DNA of 64,000 nt from NCBI RefSeq assembly GCF_006345805.1, contig NC_043011.1, positions 53,704,464 through 53,768,463 of the forward strand, written 5' to 3'. The first letter of the stretch is position 1, and each line of letters starts with the position of its first letter. A program made the translations under genes and the position numbers. Under the pieces are notes generated by a model that was not told where the DNA came from, searched no databases, and worked only from the letters and a program-made list of their open reading frames with translations. Positions 23,808 to 37,336 of this stretch are shown piece after piece. The DNA comes from Octopus sinensis. Taxonomy: Eukaryota.

Positions 23808-26800
23808 CAGTGTTTCCCAAACTTTTCATGCCAAATTGCAATATTGCACACCTATCAGCCAAAAAATGCTCCATTGCCCATTTATTTAACAAAAACCCTG
23901 ACTCCCAACACAAAATCCCTTAGGAACCTCCCCCTGTATCATTTGATACACACACACAATATTGTAGACTCATTGCCTTGTTAGTCCCGTTTGGACTAAA
24001 TATGCAGTTGTCTACAAATCCCTTATTGTGGGTTTAGTTTTGCCATTAGTGTCAATAAAATTCTAACGTTAACTATATTTTTCAGACATTAATTTCTGGG
24101 AACTTGCATTTTCTTTTGCACTGATTTTCATTTTCCCCAAATGAACCATTGATCAGAACAATTGATGCAAAAAAAATTAATGATTGTATTATAAAGGAAA
24201 ATAATAAAACTTTTTAATTAGAACCATGTGTCTGGTGCAATGCAGCTGGTGCAGATACATTCGGTTTCAAACTTGTCAACTTTAGCCACAAGTCTCCTAA
24301 TTGTGTTACATCCAGTCTAATTCTTTTATGGGAAAGTAAAGTTCCAACATGGTTAAAACCCAATTCAACCAGGTATAAGGTAAGGAAGGCAAGCAAAAGT
24401 AATTTCAGATGTTACCGCAGATTGGGGTAGGAATTCAATATACTTTGATGGTACCACAAACCTTCTTTGCTATTACGGCAATATCACATTGTGGCATCAT
24501 TGTCGTTTTGTAATTCTATCAATTGTCATCATTGTTGCAATCGACTGCATCGACCTCAAATGGATTGCTATACCAATTTGAAACATTCAGCGCAGTAACA
24601 TCTTGAAATCGCTCCACCATGTTATTGTGCAATGACAGTAAATAGTTACTATATGTAGTTAAATCCTCATCAACCAATTCATCTTTCAAAGAATCAAGTT
24701 GTGGAAATCGATAGAATTTATGTTCTGAAATGTTAGTCTTAAACACCACCAGTTTCAAAATGAAGGTAGTGATAAATGATTTACAGTCAGTGAGAGTTTT
24801 TCTGTTTCCTTGCAATAACTTATTCATATCATTTAATTTTGTGAATATATCACAAAGAAAAGAAATATCACACATTGCAGCCATCAATAAAGCAGATAGT
24901 TGGAGTATCTTTAAAAAAAGATATGATATATGAAACAGTTCAACAAAGCATAAAATATAGTTTCCTTTTGACAGCCACCGCACTTCGGTATGGTATAAGA
25001 ATTAAGTATGGTCCTCTTCATTTCTCAGACAAAGTTGATGGAAAATTTGATCAGACAAGGGACTGAAATTCAATTTGTTCTCAGTCTTGATAACTAACTG
25101 TAGCGCATCATTCAATCTACTGTTCATATTTTTTGAAACTAAATGCTGATTATCTACAACAGTTGACTCATCCACTTGTGTAGAAAGTTCATAAAGCTAG
25201 ATTAATGAGTTGATGTTTGACATCGTTGGCCATTTAATTGATGCGTCGAGAAATCTTGTTATTACCAAGTGGGATCTTCTTCATAATGCAATCAGTTTTT
25301 TTGTGCATAATGGTTGACAAAACTTCTTTGATAAATGGGCAAAGTAATATTTCTCCAATTGTGTGAGAATTCCCAGACTTAGCAACAAGCAATGCAATGT
25401 TGTATGATACAATCAACCTGTCATTCTCCTGTTTACTAGTTTCCTGGAGTAGAGTTTTGAATGTTTGTATTTTCTTTTTGAAAGAGAAGCTCAGTTGCAA
25501 ACAGTATGATAATGGCATGTCCTTCTTGTCAGAATGCTTTACATCAAAGTGATTCTTCAAGCGTGAAGGTTTCATTATCTCATTGGTCAATGTTTGATGG
25601 CAAAGAAGGCACATTGGTAACTGACAGTTCTGAGGAGAGAGAATAAATCCAAACGATAAATAATCATTACTGCACTGTTAACAAATTTTCTCAACTGGAG
25701 GCATCAGTAAGGTGAAAATGTGAAAACGAATTTCTACAGAAAGGCAGTACGGTATTCCCAAAGAGAAGAAGAAGTCAACTGAGTAGAATCAGATGAGACA
25801 TCTTTACAGGAGCAAATACGGATCTAATCTGTTTGGTTGCCAGCATTTCAAAAATTAAAGTTTATTTTAAAATTTGGCACACTAATGTACCTTTACAAGC
25901 TAAATTGCTGGAGTTATTCAACTCTTTCCAGAAAATGTTTTAAAAAAGTTATAGAGGTTTAAAGTTTGATCATTTTCACCCAGTCAAGAAACATGATTCC
26001 AAAGCTGTCATTTTGTGTGTGACTGCACATTTTGTTAACATCCTGAAAATAGCACTTGTGTTTTGATATGAAACCACAGAATTACGCACGACATATAACC
26101 TCTTATAACTTTTTTATTTTTCGGAGTTTTCAGAAAATTTTTGTGAATTTGAATTCTATACATGGGACTTCATATAATTATACAAAAAAAAAAATTGTTG
26201 TGGAGTGTGATTTAAGGCATAAGCCTATTTGGCTGCTATTTTTAGCATGCATGCACCATCTTAATGACTGTGACAAAAATATTTGATCAATAAACAAGTC
26301 CGCTTTCGTAATACAAAAGGATGTCTCATGTGAGTAGCCATATCGATAAAAGTGCATCCTTATTTTAGGTATACCTAGATATCAGTAAATGCAGACTTCA
26401 TTTTTGAAAATTCATTGGCACCCACAAAATGTTCATATCACCCACTAAAATCTCAAATCTCTTTAGTCTTTTACTTGTTTCAGTCATGTGACTGTGGCCA
26501 TGCTGGAGCAGTGCCTTTAGTCAAGCAAATCGACCCCAGGACTTATTCTTTGTAAGCCTAGTATTTATTCTATAGGTCTCTTTTGCCAAACTACTAAGTT
26601 ACGGGGATGTAAACACACGAGCATCAGTTGTCAAGCAATGTTGAGGGGGGGGACGAACACAGACACACAAACAGAAACACACACACACACATATATATAC
26701 ATATATACCACAGGCTTCTTTCAGTTTCCGTCTACCAAATCCACTCACAAGGCTTTGGTCAGCCTGAGGCTATAGTAGAAGACACTTGCCCAAGGTGCCA

Positions 26801-26973
26801 CGCAGTGGGACTGAACCCGGAACCATGTGGTTGGTAAGCAAGCTACTTACCACACAGCCACTCCCCCATTAAAATCTCAAATAGCCCACCATTTTCTAGA
26901 AATTCGCCCATCGCCCACCTGTAAGTTGAAGTCAACCGCTGGTGGGCAATATCACCCACTTTGGGAAGCTATG
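23808..26973 (-). mobile_element. hAT (Charlie/Buster, ZBED8/FAM200-like) transposon with both ends, decayed transposase
   Basis: 8-bp TSD ATATACAT at 23800-23807 and 26974-26981; TIRs cagtgtttcccaaac / ctttgggaagctatg; BED-like CLLCHQTLTNEIMKPSRLKNHFDVKH and RWLSKG..FLCDIFTKLNDMNKLLQG. Confidence 0.9.
26459..26865 (-). mobile_element. SINE family A nested in the hAT element
   Basis: TSD taaaatctcaaat at 26446-26458 and 26870-26882. Confidence 0.92.
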
Positions 26974-27283
26974 ATATACATATGTACACACACACACACA
27001 CACACACCACACACACACACACACACAGACACACACATTCAATTGACTTTCTTATCCTTCTCTCTCTCTCTCTCTCTCTCTTTCTTCCCACCAGTTTCAA
27101 TTCAATGAAATATTCCACTCAACAGCTTCCATTTCTTCCTGTTTAGTTTCATTTAACCGAATCACCTTTTTTATTGAAAATTAATTCAAATAATGACATT
27201 TACTTGAGTTGATTTTTTTTTTCATAGAAGCAAAGAATTTCATTTCACCAGGCAAATAATATTGTTAATTTTATTTAACATAG

Positions 27284-27442
27284 ACGCAGGCATGGCAGTG
27301 TGGTGAGAAGCTTGCTTCCCAACCACGTGGTTCTGGGTTCACTCTCACTGTGTGGTACCTTAGGCAAATATCTTCTAACATAGCCTCAGGCTGACAAAAG
27401 CCTTGTGAGTGGATTTGGTGGATGAATACTGAAAGAAGCCAG
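27284..27442 (+). mobile_element. SINE family A, 5' half
   Basis: Head and core match. Confidence 0.8.
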
Positions 27443-27593
27443 TCATCATCGTCATCGTCATCATCATCATCATCATCACCACCATCACCACCAACACCAC
27501 CACCACCACCATCACCACCATCATCATCATCATCACCATCACCATCACCATCACCACAACCACTACCACCACCACCATCATCATCACCATCAC

Positions 27594-27625
<32 letters not shown>

Positions 27626-27714
27626 ACATCACCATCACCACCACCACCACCACCACCATCACCATCGTCATCGTCATCATCACCATCACCATCACCACCA
27701 CCACCACCACCACA

Positions 27715-27746
<32 letters not shown>

Positions 27747-28086
27747 CCACCACCACCATCACCATCATCATCATCATCATCATCATCATCACCATCACCA
27801 TTACCACCACCACCACCACTATCACCATCGTCATCGTCATCATCATCACCATCACCACCACCACTACCACCACCACCATCACCATCACCATCACCATCAT
27901 CATCATCATCATCATCATCACCATCACCACCACCACTACCACCACCACCATCACCATCACCATCACCATCATCATCATCATCATCATCATCATCACCATC
28001 ACCATCACCACCACCACCACCACCACCATCACCATCGTCATCGTCACCATCACCATCACCATCACCACCACCACCACCACCACACC

Positions 28087-28120
<34 letters not shown>

Positions 28121-28125
28121 TCATC
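27443..28125. repeat. (CAT)n/(CAC)n triplet array
   Basis: Directly visible. Confidence 0.95.
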
Positions 28126-28828
28126 ATTTAACGTCTGCTGTCCACGCTGGCATGGGTTGGACGGTTTGACTTGGCTGATAAGCTTGAACGCTGCATCAGA
28201 CTCCAGTCTGATTTGGCATGGTTTTCTATGGCTAGATGCCCTTCCTAATGCCAGTCACTCCAAGAGTGCAATGGGTGCTTTTATGTGCCACTGGCACAGG
28301 TGCCACTTTCATGGCACCAATATCTGCCATGACTGCGATTTTGCTCGGCTTGATGGGTTTTCTTCTCAAGCATGACATAATGTCAAAGGTCTCGGTCATT
28401 GTCTCTGAGAGGCCCAACACTAGAAAGGAATTCAGCCACTTTGCCTTGTGGCCCAATGCTTGAAAGGTGCTCTTTATGTGCCAGTTACATGACACCAGCA
28501 TTGGCCATGATTACAATTTCATTTGGCTCGACAGGTCTTCTCAAGCACAGCATTTCAGTAAAGGTCTCGGTCACTAGTCATTACCTTTGTGAGGCTCAAA
28601 GTTCGAAGATAATGCTCCACCACTTCGTCCCTGGGTCTACCTCTACCACAGGTTCCCTCCACAGTTAGAGATCAGCACTTCTTTACATAGCTGTCCTTGT
28701 CCATATGCATCACATGACCATACCAGCACAATCGTCTCTCTTGCACACCACATCTGATACCTCTGATGTCCAACCTTTCTCTCAAGATGCTTACACTCTG
28801 TTGAACATGCACCCTGACATTGCACAGA
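28110..28828 (-). mobile_element. RTE LINE 3' end (RT C-terminus plus 3' UTR)
   Basis: LRERLDIRGIRCGVQERRLCWYGHVMHMDKDSYVKKC, then the shared tail and (gat)n. Confidence 0.85.
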
Positions 28829-28892
28829 CATACAGACACACACACATAGACATACATACATAGATGCATACACAGATACATACATACATACA

Positions 28893-28928
<36 letters not shown>

Positions 28929-29075
28929 TATATATATGCAGCACAAAGTTTTGTCAGTGAACAGGTCGCAGTCTCAAAGCAATGAAAATATTTTGACAAA
29001 TTAAATTTAAATGTTGAAGTGAATCTAGTGGCTTTGTGTGTTTCTTAAATGGCTTATAAACACCTTCCATGCTGC

Positions 29076-29108
<33 letters not shown>

Positions 29109-29110
<2 letters not shown>

Positions 29111-29273
29111 GGTCCCGGGTTGAGTCGGGGTTAACCACAGTAAATAAGGTACTCAATACATTGCAGAGTAAATTAATTTATTTTATAGAAGGAGCTTCTA
29201 CAGGACTAGTACTGTTTCATTCAAATGAATGAAACAGTACTAGTCCTGTAGAAGCTCCTTCTATAAAATAAAT
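29109..29273 (-). mobile_element. Penelope-like terminal fragment with perfect 48-bp fold-back and HHR 3' half
   Basis: Arms 29176-29223 and 29226-29273; GAAACAGTACTAGTC in each arm; flanked by (TA)n. Confidence 0.65.
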
Positions 29274-29514
29274 ATATATATATATATATATTAATTAATC
29301 AATATAGGGTGCAAAAAATTTTGTAGAATTTTTTTGCCACCAGCGGCCTAGTGGGAAAAAATTAAATAGTCATAGACCATTTTTAAGTTCAACATCACAA
29401 TCAAGGAACGGCCATAATAGGCCATTCACCACTAGAAATAACAGCCAAAGCTTCAACCGCAAAATAACATTAATTCCGTAAACCAGGAGAAAATTAAAAA
29501 ACATTTACCCTGTA

Positions 29515-29621
29515 ATTTCTTATACGATGCACCGTTTCATCTACTGTTTAATGGTAAACTAACCTGATTAAATTAAATCAAGCCAATCTTCCATAGGCCC
29601 TTAGAATCGTCAGTAAGAAAT
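29515..29621 (-). ncRNA. Type I hammerhead ribozyme motif
   Basis: Reverse-complement copy of 30178-30284. Confidence 0.75.
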
Positions 29622-30177
29622 AGCCAGATCGGAACAGATATTTTCACGAGGCATTTCTGTCCCTGCCTCGGCAATATCTGACCTAAAATTTTCAAATCAT
29701 CGCACTCGCGCCAAATTTATCGGCAGCAAATAAATATAAGCCGCCGATTCCATTACGGAATTAACCAGAAAATTCATAATTAATCAATATAGGGTGGCAA
29801 AAAATTTTGTAGAATTTTTTTGCCACCAGCGGCCTAGTGGGAAAAAATTAAATAGTCATAGACCATTTTTAAGTTCAACATCACAATCAAGGAACGGCCA
29901 TAATAGGCTTGATTGCGATGTTGAACTTAAAAATGGTCTATGACTATTTAATTTTTTCCCACTAGGCCGCTGGTGGCAAAAAAATTCTACAAAATTTTTT
30001 GCCACCCTATATTGATTAATTATGAATTTTCTGGTTAATTCCGTAATGGAATTGGCGGCTTATATTTATTTGCTGCCGATAAATTTGGCGCGAGTGCGAT
30101 GATTTGAAAATTTTAGGTCAGATATTGCCGAGGCAGGGACAGAAATGCCTCGTGAAAATATCTGTTCCGATCTGGCT

Positions 30178-30284
30178 ATTTCTTACTGACGATTCTAAGG
30201 GCCTATGGAAGATTGGCTTGATTTAATTTAATCAGGTTAGTTTACCATTAAACAGTAGATGAAACGGTGCATCGTATAAGAAAT
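30178..30284 (+). ncRNA. Type I hammerhead ribozyme motif with enlarged stem II
   Basis: ATTTCTTA-CTGACGA-TTCTA...TAGAT-GAAA-CGGTGCATC-GTA-TAAGAAAT; 8-bp stem I; intact core; GUA site. Confidence 0.78.
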
Positions 30285-30401
30285 TACAGGGTAACTGTTT
30301 TTTAATTTTCTCCTGGTTTACGGAATTAATGTTATTTTGCGGTTGAAGCTTTGGCTGTTATTTCTAGTGGGTGAATGGCCTATTATGGCCGTTCCTTGAT
30401 T

Positions 30402-30442
<41 letters not shown>

Positions 30443-30974
30443 GTCTGGGGTGAGTCATTCTCTTTTAGTGCCTTATTATTTAACATAATCTCCCCAGACA
30501 CAACAAATGATGATGATATTGTTGTCATGATGACAATGACGGTGATTATGACATCAACAATGATGATGATAATGATGATGATCACCATATCTCACGTACC
30601 ACTCAGTCACATACACCTCCAGCAGGATGGTTATCTCTCTTCTGCATCAGTCATCTTGGGTCTTGAGTCAGTTTCCCAATCATTTAGCATTTGATCTTGT
30701 AAATTAACATTGCATAATGAACAGACCTTTAATTAAATACATGTAAATTCCTCTGGCAATAGCCATTAATGCAAGAGAGATAACCATCCCCCTCACAGCA
30801 CGAGGCAGTATTAGAAATTTAAATTTGAAATTAAGAAATATGAAGAAGGTATACAGGGTGGGCCAAAAGTCATGCACAGAATAAGTTCAACATGCTCTGG
30901 AATTGACAAAGACTGACTTCAATTTTTCTGAAATAAAATAAAATAAATAAAATGATGCTGAATACACACATACT

Positions 30975-31134
30975 ATAATAATAATAATGATAATAATAAT
31001 AATAATGATGATAATAATAATAATAATAATAAAATAATGATAATAATAATAATGATGATAATAATAATAATAATGATAATAATAATAATAATAAAATAAT
31101 GATAATAATAATAATGATAATAATAATAATAATG

Positions 31135-31167
<33 letters not shown>

Positions 31168-31213
31168 TAATGATAATAATAATAATAATGATAATAATAA
31201 TAATAATGATAAT

Positions 31214-31268
<55 letters not shown>

Positions 31269-31485
31269 TAATGATAATAATAATAATAATAATGATAATA
31301 ATAATAATAATGATAATAATAATAATAATAATAATAATAAAATAATGATAATAATAATAATAATGATAATAATAATAATAATGATAATAATAATAATAAT
31401 AATAATAATATAAAATGATAATAATAATAATAATAATAATAATAAAATAATGATAATAATAATAATAATGAAATAATAAAATATG

Positions 31486-31528
<43 letters not shown>

Positions 31529-31638
31529 TAATAATAATAATAATGATAATAATAAAATAATGATAATAATAATAATAATGATATAATAATAATAATGATA
31601 ATAATAATAAATAATGATAATAATATAATAATGATAAT

Positions 31639-31670
<32 letters not shown>

Positions 31671-31924
31671 TGATAATAATAATAATAATGATAATAATAA
31701 TAATAATGATAATAAAATAATAATATAATAATGATAATAATAATAATAAATAATATAATAAAAATAATGATAATAATAATATATGATAATAATAAATAAT
31801 GATGATAATAATAATAATGATAAATAATAATAATAATGATAATAATAAATAATGATATTAATAATAATAATAATAATAATAAAAAATGATAATAATAATA
31901 ATAATGATAATAATAATAATAATG

Positions 31925-31960
<36 letters not shown>

Positions 31961-32114
31961 TAATGATAATAATAATATAATATAAAATAATGATAATAAT
32001 AATAATGATAATAATAAATAATGAATAATAATAATAATAATAATAATAATATAATAATAATGATAATAATAATAATAAGATAATAATAAAATAATGATAA
32101 TAATAATAATAATG

Positions 32115-32153
<39 letters not shown>

Positions 32154-32389
32154 TAATAATAAAATAATGATAATAATATAATAATGATAATAATAATAAT
32201 AATGATAATAATAATAATAATAATAATAATAATATAATAATAATAATATAATAATAATAATAAAATATGATAATAATAATAATAATAATATAATAAATAA
32301 TGATAATAATAATAATATATAATAATAATAATAATGATAATAATAATAAATAATAATAATAATAAAATAATGATAATAATAAAATAATG

Positions 32390-32431
<42 letters not shown>

Positions 32432-32454
32432 TAATGATAATAATAATAATAATG

Positions 32455-32489
<35 letters not shown>

Positions 32490-32628
32490 TAATAATAATA
32501 AAATAATGATAATAATAATAATAATAATAATAATAAAATAATGATAATAATAATAATATGATAATAATAATAATAATAATAAAATAATGATAATAATAAT
32601 AATAATGATAATAATAATAATAATGATG

Positions 32629-32661
<33 letters not shown>

Positions 32662-32746
32662 TAATGATAATAATAATAATAATAAAATAATGATAATAAT
32701 AATAATAATGATAATAATAATAATAATGATAATAATAATAATAATG

Positions 32747-32782
<36 letters not shown>

Positions 32783-32925
32783 TAATAATAATAATAAAAT
32801 AATGATAATAATAATAATAATAATAATAATAAAATAATGATAATAATAATAATAATGATAATAATAATAATAATAATAAAATAATGATAATAATAATAAT
32901 AATGATAATAATAATAATAATGATG

Positions 32926-32960
<35 letters not shown>

Positions 32961-33201
32961 TAATGATAATAATAATAATAATAATAAAATAATGATAATA
33001 ATAATAATAATGATAATAATAATAATAATGATAATAATAATAATAATAATAATAAAATAATGATAATAATAATAATAATAATAATGATAATAATAATAAA
33101 ATAATGATAATAATAATAATAATAAAATAATGATAATAATAATAATAATAATGATAATAAAATAATGATAATAATAATAATAATGATAATAATAATAATA
33201 A

Positions 33202-33244
<43 letters not shown>

Positions 33245-33371
33245 TAATGATGATAATAATAATAATGATAATAATAAAATAATGATAATAATAATAATAA
33301 TGATAATAATAATAAAATAATGATAATAATAATAATAATAATAATAAAATATGATAATAATAATAATAATG

Positions 33372-33422
<51 letters not shown>

Positions 33423-33672
33423 TAATGATAATAATAATAATAATAATAATAAAATAATGATAATAATAATAATAATGATAATATAATAATAATGATAATA
33501 ATAATAATAATAATAATAAATAATGATAATAATAATAATAATAATAATGATAATAATAATAAAATAATGATAATAATAATAATAATAAAATAATGATAAT
33601 AATAATAATAATATAATGATAATAAAAATAATGATAATAATAATAATAATGATAATAATAATAATAATGATG

Positions 33673-33707
<35 letters not shown>

Positions 33708-33870
33708 TAATGATGATAATAATAATAATGATAATAATAAAATAATGATAATAATAATAATAATGATAATAATAATAAAATAATGATAATAATAATAATA
33801 ATAATAATAATAAAATAATGATAATAATAATAATAATAATAATAAAATAATGATAATAATAATAATAATG

Positions 33871-33927
<57 letters not shown>

Positions 33928-34008
33928 TATAATAATGATAATAATAATAATAATGATAATAATAAAATAATGATAATAATAATAATAATGATAATAATAA
34001 TAATAATG

Positions 34009-34045
<37 letters not shown>

Positions 34046-34075
34046 TAATAACAAAACAACAATAACAATAATAAT
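30975..34075. repeat. ~3.1-kb (AAT)n array with GAT and AAAAT variant units
   Basis: Directly visible; source of the spurious 1143-aa and 736-aa ORFs. Confidence 0.97.
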
Positions 34076-34583
34076 GGCTTCTGATCTTAATTGATTGGAA
34101 GTGTTATCATGTACATTGTTTTGTCTTGGTATAAAAGATGGACTACAGCAAATATTCTGCTCAATACCACAGATTTCCTTGTCAGTTGTTTGACCATAAC
34201 CAGTTGAACATGTCCTTTGGTGGCTGACGATATGTGCATCTCTGATCACGGGCAGAAGTAGTGGGAGAGCATCATAGCCATGTGTTGAGAGGGATTCTTT
34301 GGGGTTTGAATAATTCACTCTGGAAACATGGGTGGTTCGTTCAACATCCTTAAACAGCCCTTTTGAGCAAGATGGGTTACTTGACCAGAAGAAAATTCTA
34401 ACTGGGCCCCACCTGCATGGTCATGTGCTGTTTATCTTGATATGAGATTACCATGTCGGGCAAATTTGGTTGTGATGCATGTGCCTAGTGTACCCTTATC
34501 AGACGGGTAGTCATGATGGGTATGCTGGGCTTCGTATATTTTACCCCAGTGTCACTTTGATGGCATGCACTGCTCTCTCACTC

Positions 34584-34584
<1 letters not shown>
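34076..34584. mobile_element. ~510-bp unclassified element embedded in (AAT)n
   Basis: Complex sequence with (AAT)n on both sides (second tract 34585-34752); no recognisable ORF. Confidence 0.45.
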
Positions 34585-34643
<59 letters not shown>

Positions 34644-34659
34644 GATAATAATAATAATA

Positions 34660-34695
<36 letters not shown>

Positions 34696-34712
34696 TATTA
34701 ATAATAATAATG

Positions 34713-34746
<34 letters not shown>

Positions 34747-35214
34747 TAATAATCCTTTCTACTATAGGCAGAAGGCCTGAAATTTTTAGGGAGGGGACTA
34801 GTTGATTACATCGGCCCCAGTGTTTCCCAGCTTACCAGTTTTCAGTCAAACTGTCCAACCCATGCCAACATGGAAAACGGACATTAAATGATGATCATGA
34901 TGATGATGATGCTGATGGGCTGGCTGATTAAATTGACCCCATTGCTTAACTAGTATTTATTTTATTGACCCCACTCCACCCCAAAGATTGAAAAGCAAAT
35001 TTGAACTCAGAATGTAAAGCCAGCAGAAATGTCACCAAGCACTTGGTTCACCATTTCTGCCAATTTGCTGCTTTAAATTCCAGTTTAGTAATAACGAAAT
35101 TTGTTTATTAAATCCTTTTGAATTTCTTGATAGAGGTAATGAGTTTTATAACTAAAATGGCTGGCAACAAAAGGGTTAAAGATTCTCATAATGTTGGCTT
35201 CAAATTTTTGCACA

Positions 35215-35780
35215 AGGTCACCACCACCATCACCACCACCACCATCACCACCACCAACAGCATTATCATCATCATCACTAGCAACATGATGACAACAATG
35301 ACGATGACGCTGCCGCTGACACCACCGCCGCCGCTGCCACCGCTGCCACCGCTGCTACTTCCGCTGCCTCCTCCTCCACCGCCTCTGCTGCCGCCGCCAC
35401 CGCCTCCGCCTCGCTGCCGCCGCCTCTGATGCCTCCACTGCCGCCGCCTCTGCTGCCTCCGCTGCTGCCTTCTCTGCCGCCGACTTCTCTGCCGCCGCCT
35501 CCTCCGCCGCCGCCTCCTCCGCCGCCGCCTCCTCCGCCGCCGCCTCTGCCTCCGCCACTGCGGCCGCCTCCGCCACAGCTTCCACCTCCGCCTCTGCTTC
35601 CGCCTCCGCTTCCACCTCCGCTTCCGCCTCCGCTGCCGCCGCCGCCGCTTCCGCCTCTGCCACTGCTTCCGCTGCCTCCGCCTCCGCCGCCTCCGTCTCT
35701 GCCACCACTGCTGCCGCCTCCTCCACCGCCACTGGTGCCATCGTCGCAGCTGCCGACACCGCTGCTGCCAAATCCACTGT
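35215..35780. repeat. GC-rich (CCG/CCT/CTG) triplet array
   Basis: Directly visible. Confidence 0.95.
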
Positions 35781-36349
35781 GAGTCCAAGAACTCCATCAA
35801 GAACTGCTCCAAGGTCTTCTTTGACATGGCTTTTCCATTGGATGCCCTTCCTGATGCCAACCACTTTGCAGTGTGGACTGTAGTCATAGTCTTAGATGTA
35901 CAGCGAAATGGGGACTGTCATGGCTGGAACCACCTTTGATTTATAGACGTACTCAGTCAGGGTTGACATGGGGCTAACCACCACCACCACCACCACACCA
36001 CCACCACCACCACCACCAGCACCACCAGCACCACCACCACCAACAACAACAACAACAACCACAGCAAGAACAACAGCAACAAGCAACTAATTCTCCTGTT
36101 TTTACAACTTGATCCACCATGTTGTGACTAGGAAAGCAATCGTTGATTCAATTTAGCCAAAAACAACAACAACAACAACAACAACAAAACCAATGATAAA
36201 AGCAGTAAACTTTTATTATCATCCCCCACCACCCCCAACCTTTTACCTCTTCGTCCCTGCCCCCCCACCTTCCCCCTTATTTATGAACGTTTCTTTACAG
36301 CGTGTGATGATGGATGAACGATGATGCGATGCGATGCACCGAAAGCGAC

Positions 36350-37009
36350 AGCGGTGGTGGCACCGGTGGCAGCGGCAGCCAATGGTGGCGGCAGTGGCGG
36401 TGGTGATGGTGACGGCGGTGGTGATGGTGGCGGCGGCGGTGATGGTGGCGGCGGTGGTGATGGTGGCGGCAGTGGCGATGTTGGCGGCGGTGGTGATGGT
36501 GGCGGAGGTGGCGATGGCGGTGGCGGCGGTGGCGATGGTGGCGGCGGCGGTGCTGGCTCTGTTTCCAATCATATTTTTGTTTGTTTGTTTGTTTTCTTTC
36601 TTTCTTTCTTTCCCTGGCTTCGTATTAAAACTTCTTTCCCAAACATTCTTTCATACACAATTCCACAATATTTGATATCTATTTGTTTTATTCACTTATT
36701 TCATTCATGCATTCATTCATTCATGTATATATTTATTTATTTTATTTATTTATTTATTTATTCTGTGTTTCAGTTTATTTGTTGTTTTTGCTGTTGTTGT
36801 TGTTATTGTTTATTTTTTATTTATTTATTTTTTTATTTTTTTTTTTTGTTTTGCGTTTGTTATTCTTGAGACTGCAATCAGAATCTGAAATTGAAATTCT
36901 GAAGATGACTTTGGGAATCAACAAGCAAAAGCTGAGTGATAATAGGATAAGATAGAGAAGGAAAGTGAAACAATATAAACAACAACAACAACAACAACAA
37001 CAATAAACA

Positions 37010-37055
<46 letters not shown>

Positions 37056-37069
37056 TAACAATAATAATG

Positions 37070-37133
<64 letters not shown>

Positions 37134-37139
37134 TAATGA

Positions 37140-37184
<45 letters not shown>

Positions 37185-37190
37185 TAATGA

Positions 37191-37288
<98 letters not shown>

Positions 37289-37303
37289 GTAATAATAATA
37301 ATA

Positions 37304-37336
<33 letters not shown>

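Larger units (their letters stand above)
29292..30406. mobile_element. ~485-bp HHR-bearing unit: ~1.27 tandem copies (-) then one inverted copy (+)
   Basis: taattaatcaatatagg at 29292 and 29777; inversion at 29908/29909; near-identical arms; (TA)n flanks. Confidence 0.9.

Noticed and set aside
27271-28375. Long Thr/Ile/His or Val/Met ORFs
   Set aside because: (CAC)/(CAT) array artefacts
30887-34318. 1143-aa and 736-aa ORFs
   Set aside because: Translations of (ATT)n with no stop on that strand; poly-I/L/Y, not a protein
34495-34520. CTGATAAG on the minus strand as HHR core
   Set aside because: Sits in a simple TACCC/GGGTA hairpin with no GAAA partner
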